DNA from: Bdellovibrionota bacterium
GTDB lineage: Bacteria > Bdellovibrionota_C > UBA2361
Reading direction: 5' to 3'
Length of the DNA: 18,501 nt
Assembly (NCBI GenBank): GCA_044352465.1
Contig: JBILDU010000061.1
Location: 1 to 18,501, forward strand
Below are positions 15,185 to 18,501 of the stretch, in pieces. The number at the start of each line of letters is the position of its first letter. The first letter of the stretch is position 1. Under the pieces are notes generated by a model. It saw only the letters and a program-made list of their open reading frames with translations. It made no database searches and was not told the DNA's origin. The position numbers and the translations under genes are program-made.

Positions 15185-15958
15185 TTACCCGTTGGCTGAC
15201 GCCGCTGGGGTCTTCTTCAAGATGCGGTCGATGATCATCTGGAAGTGGGACTGCGGATAGGCACCTTTCACTGCGACGCCGTTCACGAAAAAGCCGGGGG
15301 TTCCTTGGATCCCGTTCTTCTCCGCAATCGCCATGTCGGCCTTGACCGCGGCTTCAGCTGCTTCCGAGTTCATGTCTTTCTTGAACTTGTCCATATCGAG
15401 ACCGAGCTTTTTGGCGGTGGCCTCATAGAAATCCGCGCCAAGGCTCTTTTGGTTCTCAAACAGGGCGTCGTGCATCTCCCAGAACTTCCCTTGCTGCTGT
15501 GCTGCATATGAGGCCTTCGCCGCAGGCATCGCCTCGGGGTGGAAGGGGAGCGGGAGGTGCTTAAAAACGAGCTTGATGTCGTTTGGGTTCGCCTTCATGA
15601 GGTCGCTCATCGTTGAATTCCCTTTGGTACAGAATGGGCACTGAAAGTCAGAGAACTCAACGATTGTAATCTTGGCGTTCGCCGGACCTTTCACCGGGCT
15701 TTTGCCGATATCGACCGAGACAGGGTTCTTAAACTGCTCCTCGAGCTGGGCCTTGGCCATCTCATCTTGCTTCTTGCGGGCATCTTCTTGGCGCTTCTTG
15801 ACGTAGTTCTCCATAGCCTTACCAACCATATTTTGGCCGGCTTCAGAGTTGAGATACTTCTCCATCTGGGTCTCAAACGTTTTATCGGAGACCTCTGCGA
15901 TGGCTACCCCAGCACCGAGCAGGAGAATGGTGCCCAACGCAACAACACGATTTACCAT
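15185..15958 (-). CDS. DsbA family thiol-disulfide oxidoreductase (BdbD/Com1/ScsC-like) with N-terminal helical extension
   Basis: EFSDFQCPFC active site; FKHLPL; QGKFWEMHDALF; cis-Pro loop GIQGTPGFFVNG; signal peptide. Confidence 0.92.
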   Translation of the reverse strand: MVNRVVALGTILLLGAGVAIAEVSDKTFETQMEKYLNSEAGQNMVGKAMENYVKKRQEDARKKQDEMAKAQLEEQFKNPVSVDIGKSPVKGPANAKITIVEFSDFQCPFCTKGNSTMSDLMKANPNDIKLVFKHLPLPFHPEAMPAAKASYAAQQQGKFWEMHDALFENQKSLGADFYEATAKKLGLDMDKFKKDMNSEAAEAAVKADMAIAEKNGIQGTPGFFVNGVAVKGAYPQSHFQMIIDRILKKTPAASANG

Positions 15959-16269
15959 AGATTATCCGTTTATTTAGAGTTATACCGCCGGACCGTGAGA
16001 GAACCTTCAAATCAAGAAACGTCGTCAGAAAACCGAAAGACCGACGCCTTGCAGCACTTTTTTTGTAAGTACCGCCAAGGTTCGATCTGTAGGTTGTCCC
16101 TGCGCCGGTAAAAAAGCTTTGGCTTCACTCGGACGGCGAGATACCCAAAGATATTCAATCAGTCATTTGAAGAGCAAGCACTTTTCCGCTCACAGGCCCT
16201 TCCGTCCGAGGGGGGTGGATACTATGCTATCGAGGGCTTACCCACTTTTTAATTGAAGGAGACCACTGT

Positions 16270-16851
16270 ATGCGGGGAAGTTTATTAGCGTTATTGCCTG
16301 CGTTTGCGATGGTAGCGGGTCCGGCGGGAGCGGCTGCGACACCCCTCACGGCGACGATCGAGACCTCAAAGGGGACCATTGAAATCGCCCTGACCCCGGA
16401 CAAGACCCCGGTAACGGTCGCGAATTTCGTAAATCTCGCGACGCGGGGGTACTACGACGGTTTAACCTTTCACCGCGTTATCCCCGATTTCATGGTCCAG
16501 GGCGGTGATCCCGAGGGGTCCGGCCGCGGGGGACCTGGCTATACTTTTAAGGATGAATTCGACCCCTCCTTGCGCCATTCGGGACCCGGAGTTTTGTCGA
16601 TGGCGAACGCTGGCCCGGGCACGAATGGAAGCCAATTCTTCATCACCCATGTTGCAACCCCGTGGCTTGATGGGAAGCATTCGGTTTTTGGGAAGGTGAC
16701 GAAGGGTCAAGATGTTGTCGATGCTATCCAGCAGGGGGACAAGATCTCAAAAGTCACGATCGTTGGAGACTCAGCCGCAGCGCTGCAGGGAGCGGGCGAC
16801 TCAGTGAACCAGTGGAATGCGATTTTAGATAAGCGCTATCCGCGGAAGTGA
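16270..16851 (+). CDS. Exported cyclophilin-type peptidyl-prolyl cis-trans isomerase
   Basis: [59 protein letters not shown]; signal peptide; AAGGAG RBS. Confidence 0.95.
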   Translation: MRGSLLALLPAFAMVAGPAGAAATPLTATIETSKGTIEIALTPDKTPVTVANFVNLATRGYYDGLTFHRVIPDFMVQGGDPEGSGRGGPGYTFKDEFDPSLRHSGPGVLSMANAGPGTNGSQFFITHVATPWLDGKHSVFGKVTKGQDVVDAIQQGDKISKVTIVGDSAAALQGAGDSVNQWNAILDKRYPRK

Positions 16852-17115
16852 TCCATTGGCCCCGTTGTCAGTCTCACCTGACTTCGACTTGCAACGGGGC
16901 CATCCTCGAGCACCCGAACTTGGATAGCGCCACGATACCGTCTCGACATGGTATCGGTCTCCATGTGGAGTCCCGATTGGAAAAGGTCCGCATCCAGAGA
17001 GCTCGAAATCGCAGAGAAATGTGACCTCCGCTTCGCGCTTCAAGAGAGCCTACGCGCGGGGCCGTGAGGAGCGATTCCGCCTTTATCAAAAAGCTGCTCG
17101 GATCGCCTTTGGCAA

Positions 17116-18147
17116 ATGAGATATCGAATGACTAAGCCCGGGCGATTTTCAAAGGTTCCCCAGCTTCTTTTGAGTTTTGGGGTCAGTGTAGCTCTGGTGG
17201 TCTGGCTCGCCTACAGTATCGATTGGGCGCAGGTTTGGGACGCTCTCGGGCACGTCCGGTACGGCCTTATTATACCGTTAACTGGGCTTTTGATAGCCCA
17301 TTTTGTCATCCGAGCTATACGGTGGAATTTCTTATTGCCACCTCCCGCTCAAGGAACGAGGGTTCCTCTCATGACGCGGTTTGACGCTATTCTCGTCGGC
17401 GCATTCGCTACTTTTATCTTGCCTCTCCGAGCGGGGGAGCTCGTAAGGCCCCTGATGCTTTCGCGGCAGACCTCGTACCCTTTCGGAGTCACGTTCGCAT
17501 CGGTCGTTATCGAACGTTTTTTTGACCTATCGATGGTGCTTGTTTCGTTTGGGCTCATGTTGCCGCACATCCCCGGTGTCCCGAGTTGGGTTGAGCACGG
17601 CGCCTTTCTGCTGACCGTCCTCGCAGGCGCGCTCCTCGTTTTCTTGATCGTTGGGGGACTTTTTCCTGAGCCTTTGGGAGCGCTGATCGAGCGGTGTGGT
17701 GCACCTCTCCCCACCCGTTTGGGTCAGCCGCTCCTTCGCTTCGCCCGGGGTCTGCTTGCGGCGACCGCGGTTTTGCGAAGTCCGACACGTTTAGTTGCGA
17801 TCGTATGCTTGAGCGCACTGGTATGGATCTCAAGCTATCTGCTCTCGTGGGGCTATCTGTGGCTTTTCGGTATCGAGGGTTCGGTTTCATTCGCTGTCGC
17901 GATAGGGGTCATTATCGCACTTGCGGTGGCTGCGCCGAGCGCGCCTGGTTTCATCGGGGTTTATCAAACTGCGTGCCTCGCTGCTTTCGCATTATTCGCC
18001 TATTCTGAAGAGACCGCGATCGCGTATTCTCTCGTTTCGCATGCGCACCAGTACGTAGCCTTCGTCGCGTACGGGATCTGGGTTATGTTCAAGTACAACC
18101 TCTCATTCCGGGAGCTGCGTGGGGGCTCGTCGACCTCACGGGCTTAA
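17116..18147 (+). CDS. Lysylphosphatidylglycerol synthase TM / UPF0104 flippase-like membrane protein
   Basis: RAIRW, LPLRAGELVR, SVVIERFFD, PSAPGFIGVY motifs; multiple TM helices. Confidence 0.88.
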   Translation: MRYRMTKPGRFSKVPQLLLSFGVSVALVVWLAYSIDWAQVWDALGHVRYGLIIPLTGLLIAHFVIRAIRWNFLLPPPAQGTRVPLMTRFDAILVGAFATFILPLRAGELVRPLMLSRQTSYPFGVTFASVVIERFFDLSMVLVSFGLMLPHIPGVPSWVEHGAFLLTVLAGALLVFLIVGGLFPEPLGALIERCGAPLPTRLGQPLLRFARGLLAATAVLRSPTRLVAIVCLSALVWISSYLLSWGYLWLFGIEGSVSFAVAIGVIIALAVAAPSAPGFIGVYQTACLAAFALFAYSEETAIAYSLVSHAHQYVAFVAYGIWVMFKYNLSFRELRGGSSTSRA

Positions 18148-18159
18148 GATACCTCTTCC

Positions 18160-18175
18160 TGGCAAGCTATTTGCT
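18160..18175 (+). promoter_or_regulatory. sigma54 (-24/-12) promoter upstream of flgE
   Basis: TGGCAAGCTATTTGCT, near-consensus TGGC-N7-TTGC with exact GG-N10-GC spacing. Confidence 0.75.
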
Positions 18176-18346
18176 CATTATTCGTGGGTGCGGTAGGGCG
18201 CCTACCGGTGCGGCAGCTGTTGCCGCCTTGTTTGAGCGTGCGGTTAATAGCTAACGCCCTGAAAAAGCGGGCGTCGTAGCCGGGCCGGGAGGACGTCAGC
18301 GGCCCGCAGTGGGGTATATTTTGCCGTTACGGCAGAGGCAGGAACG

Positions 18347-18501
18347 ATGCGACTCGAAACAGCGATGCTTGCGGGGCGGGAAGGGATCAACGCGCATGGT
18401 CAGGCCATCTCGGTCATCGGAGATAACATTTCAAATGCGAACACGACAGGGTATAAGACCTCGCGAGTAGAGTTCGTTGACCTTCTCGGCGATGTGCATC
18501 G
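18347..18501 (+). CDS. flgE: Flagellar hook protein FlgE, 5' part (runs off the window; not in the ORF track)
   Basis: Translates as MRLETAMLAGREGINAHGQAISVIGDNISNANTTGYKTSRVEFVDLLGDVH, the rod/hook N-terminal NIxNxNTxGYK motif. Only 51 codons are visible, so a rod paralog is not excluded. Confidence 0.8.
   Translation, partial: MRLETAMLAGREGINAHGQAISVIGDNISNANTTGYKTSRVEFVDLLGDVH

Overview
An 18.5 kb window of a GC-rich bacterial chromosome. The lineage is probably Bdellovibrionota or a related deltaproteobacterial group, inferred from a Bd0055-type bacterial histone, sigma54 promoters and a deltaproteobacterial-type FlgE N-terminus. Housekeeping and envelope genes are ampG, yajQ, trhO, a PPi-clade phosphofructokinase, a DsbA-family oxidoreductase, a cyclophilin, a UPF0104 membrane protein and the 5' end of flgE. 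Three things stand out. (1) A stand-alone 73-aa bacterial histone gene has a strong RBS and its own terminator. (2) There is a family of ~61-bp CTAG-bounded hairpin repeats with compensatory base changes. They form a tail-to-tail doublet present twice, as an exact 101-bp inverted copy at 1-101 and 10222-10322. (3) A ~3.4 kb segment carrying a DUF1254/DUF1214 gene pair sits between two 170-bp copies of the 3' end of a DUF1232-like gene; 8 of the 11 differences between the copies are synonymous, which suggests integrase-free gene capture. Also noted: an atypical GGEGS/PKTIDND PFK active site, a CXXCH plus TPR-like protein, and an 18-Cys secreted protein behind a T13 tract next to the DsbA and PPIase genes. 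No database searches were run; family calls come from motif recognition.
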